The notes under the pieces were generated by a model. It was not told where the DNA came from. It ran no database searches and saw nothing but the letters and a program-made list of their open reading frames with translations. 64,000 nt of DNA, taken from Epithemia pelagica (Eukaryota; Protista; Bacillariophyta). Positions 12,101 to 22,598 of the stretch are shown here, piece after piece. Position 1 is the stretch's first letter. The number at the start of each line of letters is the position of its first letter. The stretch is from positions 930,001-994,000 of the forward strand of contig OX337236.1 of NCBI GenBank assembly GCA_946965045.2, read 5' to 3'. The position numbers were made by a program, and so were the translations under genes.

Positions 12101-13200
12101 TCCTCGGATGCCGGTACCAATGGTTCAAGACCAAGAATAATGGGATGGGCGTTCATATTTCTCAGCCTGGATTCGTGGAGCGACTCCTCGAGAAGTTCAA
12201 CATGCAAGATTGCAACGCCGCCAAAACGCCATATCGGTCAGGCTTGCCTATTGATCGTCTGCCTACACCCACTACGGCAGCCGATCCCAATTTGGATTTA
12301 GTCAAACAGTACCGATTGCTTATTGGCGGACTCACCTGGTTGACAATTAGTACACGGCCTGACATCGCCGTGGCCCACAAACTGCTCAGTCGACATATGA
12401 GTAACCCGTCTCCAGAGCATATGGAAGCAGGAAAACACGTACTGCGATATATCCGCGGTACGTCTGACCGTGGCCTATGCTTTGTCGAACGGTCTGATGA
12501 CAGCCAACTTCATGGCTTCGTCGCGTGGCCCCACAACGTTTCTCCACCAGACCACGATCAGACTTGCGACTTTACTGACTCCAATTGGGGACCACAAGAC
12601 GCCTCACATCCGTTGCCAGAGGAATTCGAAACACGCACCGTCACCGACGACGAGTGTAAGTCAGTACAAGGCGCCTTGATGATACGTACTGGCGGACCTA
12701 TCTGGTGGAAGGTCGAACGAGAGGAACGCTGTAGCCGCAGTTCCTGTGAAGCGGAAATCAAATCGATTGATTTGATTACTAAGGAAGGCCAACACATCAC
12801 CTACCTAATGGAAGAAATGGGACTGTCTGATGTATCGCAACCTATCCCTATTTACAACGACAATAAGGGGACAGTTGATTGGAGTGGGACTGGGGCCATC
12901 ACCAAGCGTCTCCGTCACCTCAACATGCGACAGGTCGCTGTCCGTGACGCGATCGCGGCCGGTGAAGTGACTGTCCACCATATCCCTGGAAAGACTAACC
13001 CTGCAGATCTCTTGACGAAGGAACACCGTGATGACACCGACTTTCTCGTGCTTCGTGATCTTGTCGTTCCCTTGATACCGAACCAGGGGGGTGTTGGGAA
13101 AGCGGATGTCGCCCGGCGCGGAGAAACACGTGACGCAATGACACTGGCCGCAGCACCAAAGACGGTGACCTGGGCCGACGTAGTTAGACGAACACGATAA
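9089..13200 (+). pseudogene. pol: Copia pol: protease, integrase, reverse transcriptase, RNase H, broken by stops and frameshifts
   Basis: Protease PDSGAT. Integrase LVDSAT..., IQCDFD, QSSNGLVERYW. RT RAKSRIVVLGN, QGDCKNAF, LKKTLYGLRRSPRHW, YVDDF. RNase H FTDSNW, SCEAE, YNDN. TGA stops at 9440 and 9509, TAG at 10076 plus frameshift, further frameshift near 11130. Confidence 0.95.
13085..13091 (+). promoter_or_regulatory. Polypurine tract
   Basis: AGGGGGG immediately before the 3' LTR TG. Confidence 0.8.
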
Positions 13201-13234
13201 CTTATAATTTTTCTGTCTGCACGGTATCTCAACA
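13092..13234 (+). repeat. 3' LTR (143 bp)
   Basis: Matches the 5' LTR; ends CAACA followed by TSD TTTTA. Confidence 0.97.
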
Positions 13235-13269
13235 TTTTAGAGGAACTTCCAACTCTTCCAATCGGCACC

Positions 13270-14400
13270 ATGAAGAATCGTCTTGGATTTCTCCTTGGTG
13301 GTATTGGTATAGGTTGGTTGTCCTGGTTGGCATGCTGCCCGAGTGTCTGCCATGCATCGGCCAGTGCAGACTCAATAACGCAAAAGGATGCAATTCCGGA
13401 AGAAACGAACGCCAACGATACGGTCACTTTCCATGTCAACGACAGCCATGTCAATGAGAAAGAGCCGCAGACGACCACACAATCGAAACTTACTGTCACG
13501 AATTCAGGTCGCGTCGTTGTGGCCCTGAGAGCAATCGACTCACAAGACGCAAACAATCAGTTTTCGGATCCACTCGCACATATACTCGCCGGACCAGAGT
13601 ATCTAGCAAGGACCACCAAGTTGCTAAACACTGTCGCAAACAATACACCCACACAAAAGTCACGGCCACGAAATCAAGTCCAACAAGTGGTCTGTCGTAC
13701 CATGATGGTGGACGAACTCCTGTTTCGAGCCATTCGGGACAACAAATTTCACGCCCCCAAACAAGTCGTTATTCTGGGTTCAGGGATGGATACTAGAGGC
13801 TTCCGAATGGCGTATCCTGGAATCAAGTGGTGGGAAGTGGATTTTGAACAAGTAGTCTCTCTCAAAGAACACTTGCTGAGTGATGCTGGAGTGGACCCTA
13901 CAAACGGTGGCTCAATCAAGAGAATCAAACTGGATCTAAAGCATGGAATAGATCGTCTTGTCCCCTTACTGAAAGAGACTGGCTTTGATGCCAATGCTCC
14001 TGCGGTTTTTGTGTTGGAAGGTGTTGTGTACTATATGGACAAGGCGGATGTGGCAACTTTGCTGGGAGCAATCCCTTGTGTTCCGACGAGTCATCTGCTT
14101 GTGACAGTGTTGGATAAAGGATCCATCGAAGAACTTGATTCGTTCCGTACCCTGAAACGAAAAGATAAACTGGGTCGGTCGGACAAAGAAATCAAGGCAT
14201 GGGCGGATCAGATGAAGACGCTGTGGAAGACGCATATTGGTGATATCAATAACATTCTGAATAGGAATCAAAACAAGGTCTGGGCGAAGCAAACACTAGT
14301 GAAAGTTGGCGGACGACAAGCATCTCGGATGTTTGGACTGGACTTGTCAGTTGCATCCAAGATCGCTACTGAATTTATTGTAGACTTTCGAGCGAAGTGA
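13270..14400 (+). CDS. SAM-dependent methyltransferase, leucine carboxyl methyltransferase (LCM)-like family, with signal peptide
   Basis: LRAIDS...FSDPLAHILAG, CRTMMVDE, QVVILGSGMDTRGFR, WWEVDF, FVLEGVVYYM. Hydrophobic N-terminus. Confidence 0.85.
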   Translation: MKNRLGFLLGGIGIGWLSWLACCPSVCHASASADSITQKDAIPEETNANDTVTFHVNDSHVNEKEPQTTTQSKLTVTNSGRVVVALRAIDSQDANNQFSDPLAHILAGPEYLARTTKLLNTVANNTPTQKSRPRNQVQQVVCRTMMVDELLFRAIRDNKFHAPKQVVILGSGMDTRGFRMAYPGIKWWEVDFEQVVSLKEHLLSDAGVDPTNGGSIKRIKLDLKHGIDRLVPLLKETGFDANAPAVFVLEGVVYYMDKADVATLLGAIPCVPTSHLLVTVLDKGSIEELDSFRTLKRKDKLGRSDKEIKAWADQMKTLWKTHIGDINNILNRNQNKVWAKQTLVKVGGRQASRMFGLDLSVASKIATEFIVDFRAK

Positions 14401-15219
14401 ATGTTTCTCTCTTAGAGCTTGTCCCTTTGTTGTGGATAGTGAATCCTTTCAGCCGATCCTTACAACCGACCACTTGGATCTTCCACTTGTAAGTATGAAA
14501 GCCACTTTCCTATGTTTGATGGAATTAGCTGGAATGGGATTGATGTATTTCTTTTACGCAGACGGCATTAACCTTAACCGTCGATAGTGCGGACTAGTAG
14601 TCCATCAATGGCCATATTCAGGGCAGACTCCACATTATTGGCTTTCAAGTTGAGAGAGTCTATCCGAAAGGTAGACTATAGACTGACATACTCCTAGCTG
14701 ACATAAGTGGAGCATATCTTTGAAAGCGACCAATAGGCGTTCGCATTTTCGAGTTGGCATCTTGGCATGTCAAACAAACAAGGTCGGGGTTGTTGCTCCA
14801 TCCTCTTCCATGTACCACCGGATCTTCGTATTAGCTGGCTGTTTGCTTAGTTTCGGCCGTGCATTCAGTGAGGAACCGAAATTTCTCGACCACGACACTG
14901 TTGATGATGACGGAGCGCCCGAGATACAAAACAAGCTGACACCGGTCGCTTTGTTGCCGGACTCAGAGCAATCGACTCGCAAGATGAGAACAATCAGTTC
15001 TCGGACCCACTTGCACATATACTCGCTGGAGAGGAGTCCATGACACTTGTTGCGCAGTCCAAGGAAACCATTGACAAGTCACGAAAGGGAGGCAAGCGTC
15101 CACGGAATGACGTCAATCAAATTGTCTGTCGTACCATGATGGTGGACGAAATTCTGTTTCGAGCCATTCGGAACAACAAATTCCACGCCCCCAAACAAGT
15201 CGTTATTCTGGGTTCAGGG

Positions 15220-17030
15220 TACCCCCTAGCGGAAGGGTGAGTCCTGGTCGTGAATGAGAGTGTGTGCATTCTGATACTCACCCCCAAGGCGCCATCGCGC
15301 TCACTCGACTTTGACACAAACCCAAAATTTCATCTCACACATTCACTGCATCCACCACGGTGGGTGGAGGTGCAACAATATACCATGTCGTCCACCAAGT
15401 CTTCTTCGTCCCACAAGCGACACCGTCGGTCCCCTGTATGAGGTGAGAGGTGTATCACCGTGCGGAAGCGGCATACAAGCAGTATTGAAGCCACCAACAA
15501 CAACCGTTGCAACACTGCTTGGTTTGTTGTACAAGATCAAGTAGGATCGACAACAAGCTGGATGCCTGACCGCTTGCGAAGATCATTGAATGGTCAAGTG
15601 AATCATTTTCCCGCCTTGGACAATGATGATGACGATGACAACAACGACGATTCCAAGCATACTTCCACCACCTCAGACAACGAAAGAGAAACGTTCTTGT
15701 GTCCCATTTCCATGGTGGTATGCTCCAAATCATTGTGGTATTGAGCTCGTACCATTTTAAGCAATTGTGTCGCTTCCTTGTCGGCCGCATCTGTCTGCAA
15801 GACTTGCAACAAATCCTTGGCAGCATTGGGCGAGATAATGTCGTCTATTGTCACCATGGTCGTTGTTTTTGAACAAGAGGAAAGAAACACGCTTGTGCCA
15901 GTCCAGCCAGAATCCTCCTTTCATTTACTCTGTTGTTTTGCCAACATTGTGCAAGCCATTGTCACATTTTCCAGCTGTCAGTGCTATCGTTAAAAACAAA
16001 GCTGTCCAAACAGTGACAACCCAAACAACAATGGCAACAAGACAACTGAATCAAGAATTCTATCACGGCAAAACCAGGTGGTGAACCTGTCACCAGCACC
16101 AAACCCAACCAATCATCAAACATAGCACCTCACACAACCAATCACTGTCCATACATGACACTACCCACCGCCTGATTCAACACATTGCTATTTTCTGGTG
16201 TTCTCGTTCACTTGTGGATTATGCTTTCTCAAAACAATTGGATTCCATTGAATAGATGTAGATTAGTCGTTGATAGCTGCTGAATCCTGAAAAAGAGCAT
16301 TTGTCATAACAAGAAATGCCAACAAATTTAGTTGGCTGCTTTCACCAATATGGCATGGCCATGAGAGCCCACCTCCTGATTTCGTCTCTCACAGCACAAA
16401 TCCATAAATAGTGGATTCGGAGAGTCGTGCATCAACACTGAGAGTCACCAGGTATATAGGGGAGGGGTAATTGATCGTGGGAGGTACTTGTAAAGAGGCA
16501 AAGGGATCCATAACACGTTCAGACAAAGGGTTACCTGTTTGATTGTTGTTGTTTGGGTTTGCACCGTAGTGGTACTGAGCACTTGGAGCGATCAAAGGGT
16601 CTACACATGCCATTTCACGGCCAGGAGTTTTCCTTGGGTGGTTAGAGACAGCAGGAACAAAGCGGATCTGATTGGGAGGGGCCATGGGTGTTCAGACAAA
16701 GGGTTATCTGTTTGTTTGTTGTTGTTTGGGTTTGCACCGTAGTGGTACTGAGCACTTGGAGCGATCAAAGGGTCTACGCATGCCATTTCACGGCATGAAG
16801 TGTCCCTTGGGTGTTTAGAGACAGCAGGAACAAAGCGGATCTGATTGGGAGGGGCCATGGGTGTTGTTACAACCACAACAAGATGGGTCTCGTAGTGATT
16901 GCGTTGTGGTGGTTGTGAGTTTGTGTCAAAGTCGAAAAATCGCCGATTTTGAGAATCGCGCCTTGGGGGTGAGTATCAGAATGCTCTCGGTCTGTCTGTC
17001 AACCTGGACTCACCCTTCCGCTAGGGGGTA
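15220..17030. mobile_element. Non-autonomous Mutator-like (MULE) DNA transposon, 1811 bp
   Basis: Perfect 25-bp TIR TACCCCCTAGCGGAAGGGTGAGTCC extended by matching subterminal blocks (GCATTCTGATACTCACCCCCAAGGCGC, TCGACTTTGACACAAAC). 10-bp TSD GGGTTCAGGG at 15210-15219 and 17031-17040. No DDE ORF seen. Confidence 0.88.
16517..16862 (+). repeat. Two tandem copies of a 173-bp unit inside the MULE
   Basis: GTTCAGACAAAGGGTTA... begins at 16517 and 16690; copies highly similar. Confidence 0.95.
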
Positions 17031-18294
17031 GGGTTCAGGGATGGATACTAGAGGCTTCCGAATGGCGTATCCTGGAATCAAGTGGTGGGAAGTGGATTTT
17101 GAACAAGTAATCTCTCTCAAAGAACACTTGCTAAGTGATGCTGGAGTGGACCCTACGAACGGTAGCTCAATCAAGAGAATCAAACTGGATCTAAAGCACG
17201 GAATAGATCGTCTTGTCCCCTTACTGAAAGAGACTGGCTTTGATGCCAATGCTCCAGCGGTTTTTGTGTTGGAAGGTGTTGTGTACTATATGGACAAGGA
17301 GGATGTGGCAACTTTGCTGGGAGCGATCCCTTGTGTTCCGACGAGTCATCTGCTTGTGACAGTGTTGGACAAAGGATCCATTAAAGAAGCTCATTCGTTC
17401 CGTGCCCTGAAACGACGAGATAAACTGGGTCTGTCCGACAAAGAAATAGGGGAGCGGGCTCAGAATATGCGAGAAGTGTGGAAAAGTCATATGGATGATT
17501 TCAAGAGCATAGTGGTCAAGGATCCGAACAGGGACTGGAAGATGCAGATGCAAGTCAAAGTGGGTGCAAGGATGGCATCTCGTCAATTTGGACTCAATCT
17601 GTCCACCTTTTGGAAGGGATCAAATGAATTTATTTTGGACTTCAAGGCACAATGATACTGGGCATGGATTCTCAATCCATACTTGCTTCCTATTAGATTG
17701 GCATCTCGTCCCTTAAATGGGATAACGAAGCAAACGTTAAAGAATGAATTCCCCATCTTTCCTCGTCGTTATCTCTATCTCCGGTCACCTTTGTCCAGAT
17801 TGCAGGTACTTGTTTCTCGGCAAGCTAACAAAGGTTACCCTCTAGTCACAGTTGTAACAGAGGAGTAACCACAATCCGAAAGGTCCACTAAGGGCCTTGA
17901 CGCGAAACCAGGGACAAGAGCAAGAAAGGGCCTTAGCCTTAGCCTAGTAGAGTACGCCATTCGAGTTCGAGGTTCGAGGTATCTTAGATCTTAGCCGATA
18001 GCGATAGGTCTTGAGTGCAAGTGTAGTAAAAAGTACTACTAGAACATACAGTGGACTGGTAGCGCTCTCACGCCAGCCGACGTGCGATTCTCACAAAAAA
18101 GGGCCTGCTTCCAAGAAAAAGCCAAGAAGAAGAAACGCCTTCTAGCAAAGATATCTTTGGTTGTGTCGTCCTCTAAGAACCATTGGTTGTCGTCCTCTCA
18201 GAATCATTGCTCCTTACCGACCGTTGTGAACTGTTTGGCATTCTATTTTGCCGGTTGAATTCTCGCTTACCCTCACCGTGGTGCTGTCTGTCAG

Positions 18295-19142
18295 ATGATT
18301 TGTCTTCGTTCTTTGCTTGCCGTCACCGGTATCTTCTTTTCCCTTTTAGGCATAGCGTCAGGGGCTCTGGGGCCGAATGATCCTGTTGTTGTTGGCCAAA
18401 CCTTTTTGGCTGGTTCTTTGGATCCTACCGTCGACAGTACTTCCTGGTCCCTGATTACGAATCCGATCCTCATGGTGACCCCACCGAGGCCGCCAGGCTT
18501 CTCGACGAAGCAGGATGGGTGCTGGATGCCTCATCGGGAAAGCGCGTGAAGGACAACCAAGTGTTGACGATTCGATTGGTGGCTTACCCCCACCGTCCTG
18601 GTCTCGGTATTATGCAACCTGAAATCGCAGAAGCTCTCGAGGACTTGGGAATCGAAGTGACACAAATCATGACCGGTATGGATTGGACTGAGACTTCGAC
18701 AATCATGGAGGACCGAACCTTTGATATGCTCATGTGGGCTCAGCACACTTTGCCTTCCGGTGATTCCGCTTTTTTCCTCAATAATTTTTTCCGTTCGGAT
18801 GGTGGAAGCAATCATGCCAACTTGAATTCCTCCACGGTCGATAATTTGCTTGATCAATTGTCCACTGCCGATGATCATGATCAGCGGGTCTTGTTGACGG
18901 CTGCCGTCCAAGAGGCGATTCACAATGAAGTTCCTGTCAGTAACTTGGTCACGCCCTATTGGCATGTGAGTTTGTCCGATCGTGTGGCCGACTATGTACC
19001 CTGGGGTTCTGATTATTACGTCATTCGGGCCGATTTGCGCCTCACTCAGGAGCCTATCGAGTCCAGTAGTGTTTCAGTGAGTGTCATTGGTGCCACCATG
19101 ACCTGGATGATGGGAATGTTGCTCGTCTTCGTCGTGTGGTAG
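18295..19142 (+). pseudogene. Bacterial-type ABC solute-binding protein family 5 (NikA/peptide-binding-like), internally deleted and frameshifted
   Basis: Signal peptide + VVVGQTFLAGSLDP. Joined out of frame at 18458/18459 to ...DPTEAARLLDEAGW...GKRVKD...IAEALEDLGIEV...FDMLMWAQHTLPSGD...FFRSDGGSNHA. Hydrophobic C-terminal tail. Confidence 0.75.
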
Positions 19143-19224
19143 AGAAGAACACGACGTGTTGTTACTGGGCAAGGTTGAGAAGTACTGCTTGCTGGCAGAA
19201 ATGGATCATGTATAAGGAATTTAG

Positions 19225-19277
19225 TATCACTTGTTCGTACTTAGTACCTTTATCACTTGTTCGTACTTAGTACCTTT
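19225..19277 (+). repeat. 26-bp tandem duplication
   Basis: TATCACTTGTTCGTACTTAGTACCTT twice (19225, 19251). Confidence 0.9.
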
Positions 19278-19536
19278 CAAAGTAGATATCTATGAATATG
19301 AAAGTATGAAGGACAGGGCGATTTGGAGCAGAACGAAGTCCTACAGACAGAGCACCTGAACATAATAATCTGCTCTCGTTCCTTCTTCGTGCTCCTAGCC
19401 CGAGTGCCACTCTACTCGTGCCAATTTCACAGTCACCGAGGGCGAGCCTCTTGCTTTGGCTTATCAAATATTGATACGAAACGAGGAAAAGCAGAGAAAC
19501 GACACATCATGTACTTATAAATGTTTAATGAGAATT

Positions 19537-19713
19537 GAAACCGATATCATGTAGTATGCAGACGAATATCAAGGGACACACCAAATTCTGTAGGTCATGA
19601 GCCATCAAGGAGAACTCTTGCCAAATGATTAATGCGAATTTAAACCGATATCATATATCATGTATCATGTAGTATGCAGACGAATATCAAGGAACACACC
19701 AGATTCTTAGGTC
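19537..19713 (+). repeat. Diverged tandem duplication of an approximately 60-bp segment
   Basis: AAACCGATATCAT...GTAGTATGCAGACGAATATCAAGG.ACACACCA.ATTCT occurs near 19538 and 19642. Confidence 0.8.
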
Positions 19714-19717
19714 CTTC

Positions 19718-21421
19718 TCATAGGGGCTCCATCATCAAGGTGAACTCTTGGAATTCCGTCGTGTCCACTTCAAGACACGCATCACCAACAATGGTAACAG
19801 ATACGGACCAGCGGAAAGTCCCATAATCACTGAACTCGAACAAGTGGACATAAGTGCCATCGGTCCAGGAATCCACATCCACGACAACGTCTTGTTCCAT
19901 CAATGACCACGCTGGTTCAAGGCTTGTTCCCTGATTGGCTTCAATGTCAATGGTGATGCTGCTCATTTTTTCGCGCGGCCAGCCAACATTAAAGACCAAT
20001 GGAATGGTCTGCAAACCCATCGGAATTTTGGACGCAGTGGCGGAGAGAGGGAAGACTTGTGTCGTTTCCGACTTTTCAGGATCACAGGGTGTGGGACTCG
20101 CGGTTGGAGCCCCACAATCTCGCACCAACAAGCCCTTAATTCCAGATCTGGAGCTGCGTGGGACAGTCACGTTATAGAGCATCGTCGGGGTACTGTATCC
20201 ATTGGGACTGGCCGTCCATATCGATGAATTACTACCGTATCCTTGCGAAAAAACTCCGATAAACAGCTGGTCCATGTAAACGTCAATCGTACGAACAATT
20301 TCATTCCGATACCGTCCAAAGGTGCCCTGTCGATAGATGATCTGCAAGCTGTCACTTGTTCCGTCCACCAAGGCACGGTAGACATTGTTTTTGTCCACAA
20401 CGTACAGGTAACCCGAATCGGGATCAATCGCGATTGCATGTGGAAAAACCTTATAGCCGTAGTAAGTAGTTTGGCTGTAGATGGTCCGTGGCGACTCCGA
20501 ACCAAAGGGCGGACGGATAACCTTGACAAAGCCTTGATCGTACTCATAGTTTCGGCCACCGTAGTAGGCATTACCCGTGGTGGGATCAATTTCCACTACT
20601 GGAATATCTCCAGTATCCAACTTGGTTGCGTGCTCCGAAGTTCCATCCAGTGCAACGAGGAAGAGACCATCGTTGGTACCAAGGAGCATGTCACCAGAGT
20701 CTTCACTGACTGCAACATCGAGGATTGTGCCCACTTGGTCATTCCATTTCGTCCTGAGATCCCTATAGAGACGGGAGGACGAAGCGGATTCGCCTCGGTT
20801 TGCATAGAACACGTTTCCGTACGTGGTTCCCCAATAAAGCACATCGCGACCACCACACAAACTGGACGTAAGGCCAATTATCTTTCCATCGCGACTTGGG
20901 CTTGGAAGAAGTTTGACAGGAACGCCTCTTCCCTCGATACTGGCCGCATAGATACCACTCACCTCATCTTCACCACTATAGTAGTTTTCATCCGAGAGGG
21001 TAAAAAACAGATTAAAGTCATATGGTTCATACGTGGGGCTCAAGGTCGGTGGTGTTTCGATACAAGTGCACAATTCATGGGCGTGGGACACACAAAAGTG
21101 ATCCCATTCCTTGGCACAGCAAAAGGGATCTGCCTTGCAAACTACGCATTGACATCCGTCGCAGAGACACCCAGTACTTGTCTTCTCTTGCTTACAGTCT
21201 CCACACGTACCATCTGCACATGCGGTGGGCCCCTTGCAGACCTTGGGCACCGAAGGAGACGCTGTTGCAGAAGGATACAACGTCCAAGACGGTGCCGGAG
21301 TAGGATACCACCATTCCTCATCAGGAGGACGAATCCGAGCACCCTCGACCAGAGGCAATGCCGCAACTAGCAGGAAACGTACCAATCCAGTTAAGCGTCT
21401 CTGTTTCATGACTGGTATCAT
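19718..21421 (-). CDS. Secreted protein: Cys-rich module + probable beta-propeller + C-terminal beta domain
   Basis: Signal peptide from Met 21421 or 21409 (RFLLVAALPLVEGA). GC.C.GCQCVVCKADPFCCAKEWDHFC motif. Repeated blades (LYWGT, IAIDPDSGYLYVVD, IWTASPNG). TxSP linkers. Confidence 0.75.
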   Translation of the reverse strand: MIPVMKQRRLTGLVRFLLVAALPLVEGARIRPPDEEWWYPTPAPSWTLYPSATASPSVPKVCKGPTACADGTCGDCKQEKTSTGCLCDGCQCVVCKADPFCCAKEWDHFCVSHAHELCTCIETPPTLSPTYEPYDFNLFFTLSDENYYSGEDEVSGIYAASIEGRGVPVKLLPSPSRDGKIIGLTSSLCGGRDVLYWGTTYGNVFYANRGESASSSRLYRDLRTKWNDQVGTILDVAVSEDSGDMLLGTNDGLFLVALDGTSEHATKLDTGDIPVVEIDPTTGNAYYGGRNYEYDQGFVKVIRPPFGSESPRTIYSQTTYYGYKVFPHAIAIDPDSGYLYVVDKNNVYRALVDGTSDSLQIIYRQGTFGRYRNEIVRTIDVYMDQLFIGVFSQGYGSNSSIWTASPNGYSTPTMLYNVTVPRSSRSGIKGLLVRDCGAPTASPTPCDPEKSETTQVFPLSATASKIPMGLQTIPLVFNVGWPREKMSSITIDIEANQGTSLEPAWSLMEQDVVVDVDSWTDGTYVHLFEFSDYGTFRWSVSVTIVGDACLEVDTTEFQEFTLMMEPL

Positions 21422-22598
21422 CACTAAATTTCTTCTGTCGTCAATGAACGGTGGCTGGGCCTGGGTCTTTTTGTTGTTCAAGTCTTTTGAGATTAATGAG
21501 CCCTTCTTCTCGAAAAGATTTGGATTCAGCGATAACGATAAAGGTCTTTGCACTTGAGATCTTCTCTACAATATTACCTATTTATTTCTTCTAGTCTATC
21601 GAAGAACACGACTTACCACGCGTAAGTCAGTCGCCCGATGATATCGGTCCCATCGCGGTCATGTCACATAATGACTCTAATTGACAAAAAGTGACTAAGT
21701 GACGTGACGAAATGGATCTTGATAGCGACCAACTCACCTACACCTACTCCTAACTCCAAGGTACTCGTAGAACTCCTCTATTAGTCTAGAGAGCATTCAA
21801 AGGGTGATTTCTCATTCCGTAAAAGTAGACATCAACTTCAAAGTAACCACCCATCTCCCTTTACATAAAGTGCTGTCATAAAATCTGAAAGGATGTTTAG
21901 GCTGCTGTTGTATTCCTTTGCCTCTTCGTCGTATGGAAGTGGCTTTATCACGAAGTATCGCCATCATCTTTAGGCGGGACACTCCGGTCATCCTCTTGAA
22001 TGTTTTGGTTCCGCCCTTTCATTGCAATCGTAAAAAAGGATGATGTCGGACATCAGACTTGTTGAAGCCTTTTGTCGACATGACAACAGATGCGACCTCC
22101 ACAGCTAGCTCTCCTTTAGAAGAGTACTCCCTAACACTTTCGTCGCCACCACTTATCGTTGACTGACGAGGAGAGACAATAATTGACAGAGTCATCTCCA
22201 TCATCGGTCATTGTGTTTCTGGTCGCCAAAAGATACTTTTTTGGGGGAGTCGTGCCAAATCCTCCTCTTCTGACACCGATCTTCTTGATGATTCGAATGT
22301 GCTCTTCGGGACCAGATTTGTACCTCCGGGTTTGTTAGTACCTCAACGGAGAGTATAGTAATAGTAGCGGGGGTAGATAAGCAACGGGTGACCAGCCTAG
22401 ACTTCTAGCTTGTGGTTCAAACGAAGCAACAACGTAGGAAGAAGATGGTCAATATGCAATTTATCCACTTATATTCGTATGCCGATGAAAGTGGTTTACT
22501 ACACAGCAAATGTTGATTTCTGTTGTGTCTTCGCTTGGCCACAGTTCTCGATGACGACGAGATGGTACCTTTGTTCATGAGTTGGGGTCATGTCACGT

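Larger units (their letters stand above)
6424..13234 (+). mobile_element. Full-length Ty1/copia LTR retrotransposon (CoDi-like), coding-defective
   Basis: TG...CA LTRs at 6424-6585 and 13092-13234. 5-bp TSD TTTTA at 6419-6423 and 13235-13239. PBS and PPT present; domain order PR-IN-RT-RH. Confidence 0.97.
14810..17655 (+). pseudogene. Tandem paralog of the LCM-like methyltransferase, frameshifted near 14940 and split by a transposon at 15220
   Basis: 5' half MYHRIFVLAG...[frameshift]TGRFVAGLRAIDSQ...QVVILGSG ends at 15219. 3' half MDTRGFR... resumes at 17041. Removing 15220-17040 restores GSG-MDTR. Confidence 0.9.

Noticed and set aside
15691-15820. RING-like fragment (FLCPIS...C...CKTC) on the plus strand inside the MULE
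   Set aside because: Contains a stop, lacks the C-x-H core, and overlaps a more protein-like minus-strand frame; likely a shadow.
16517-16862. Tandem repeats (also 19225, 45623) as CRISPR-like arrays
   Set aside because: Only two units each, no unique spacers, eukaryotic context, no cas genes.
20243-21370. 375-aa plus-strand ORF (and similar antisense ORFs at 4158-5123, 2928-3572 and within 38101-44979)
   Set aside because: Antisense shadows of well-supported genes.
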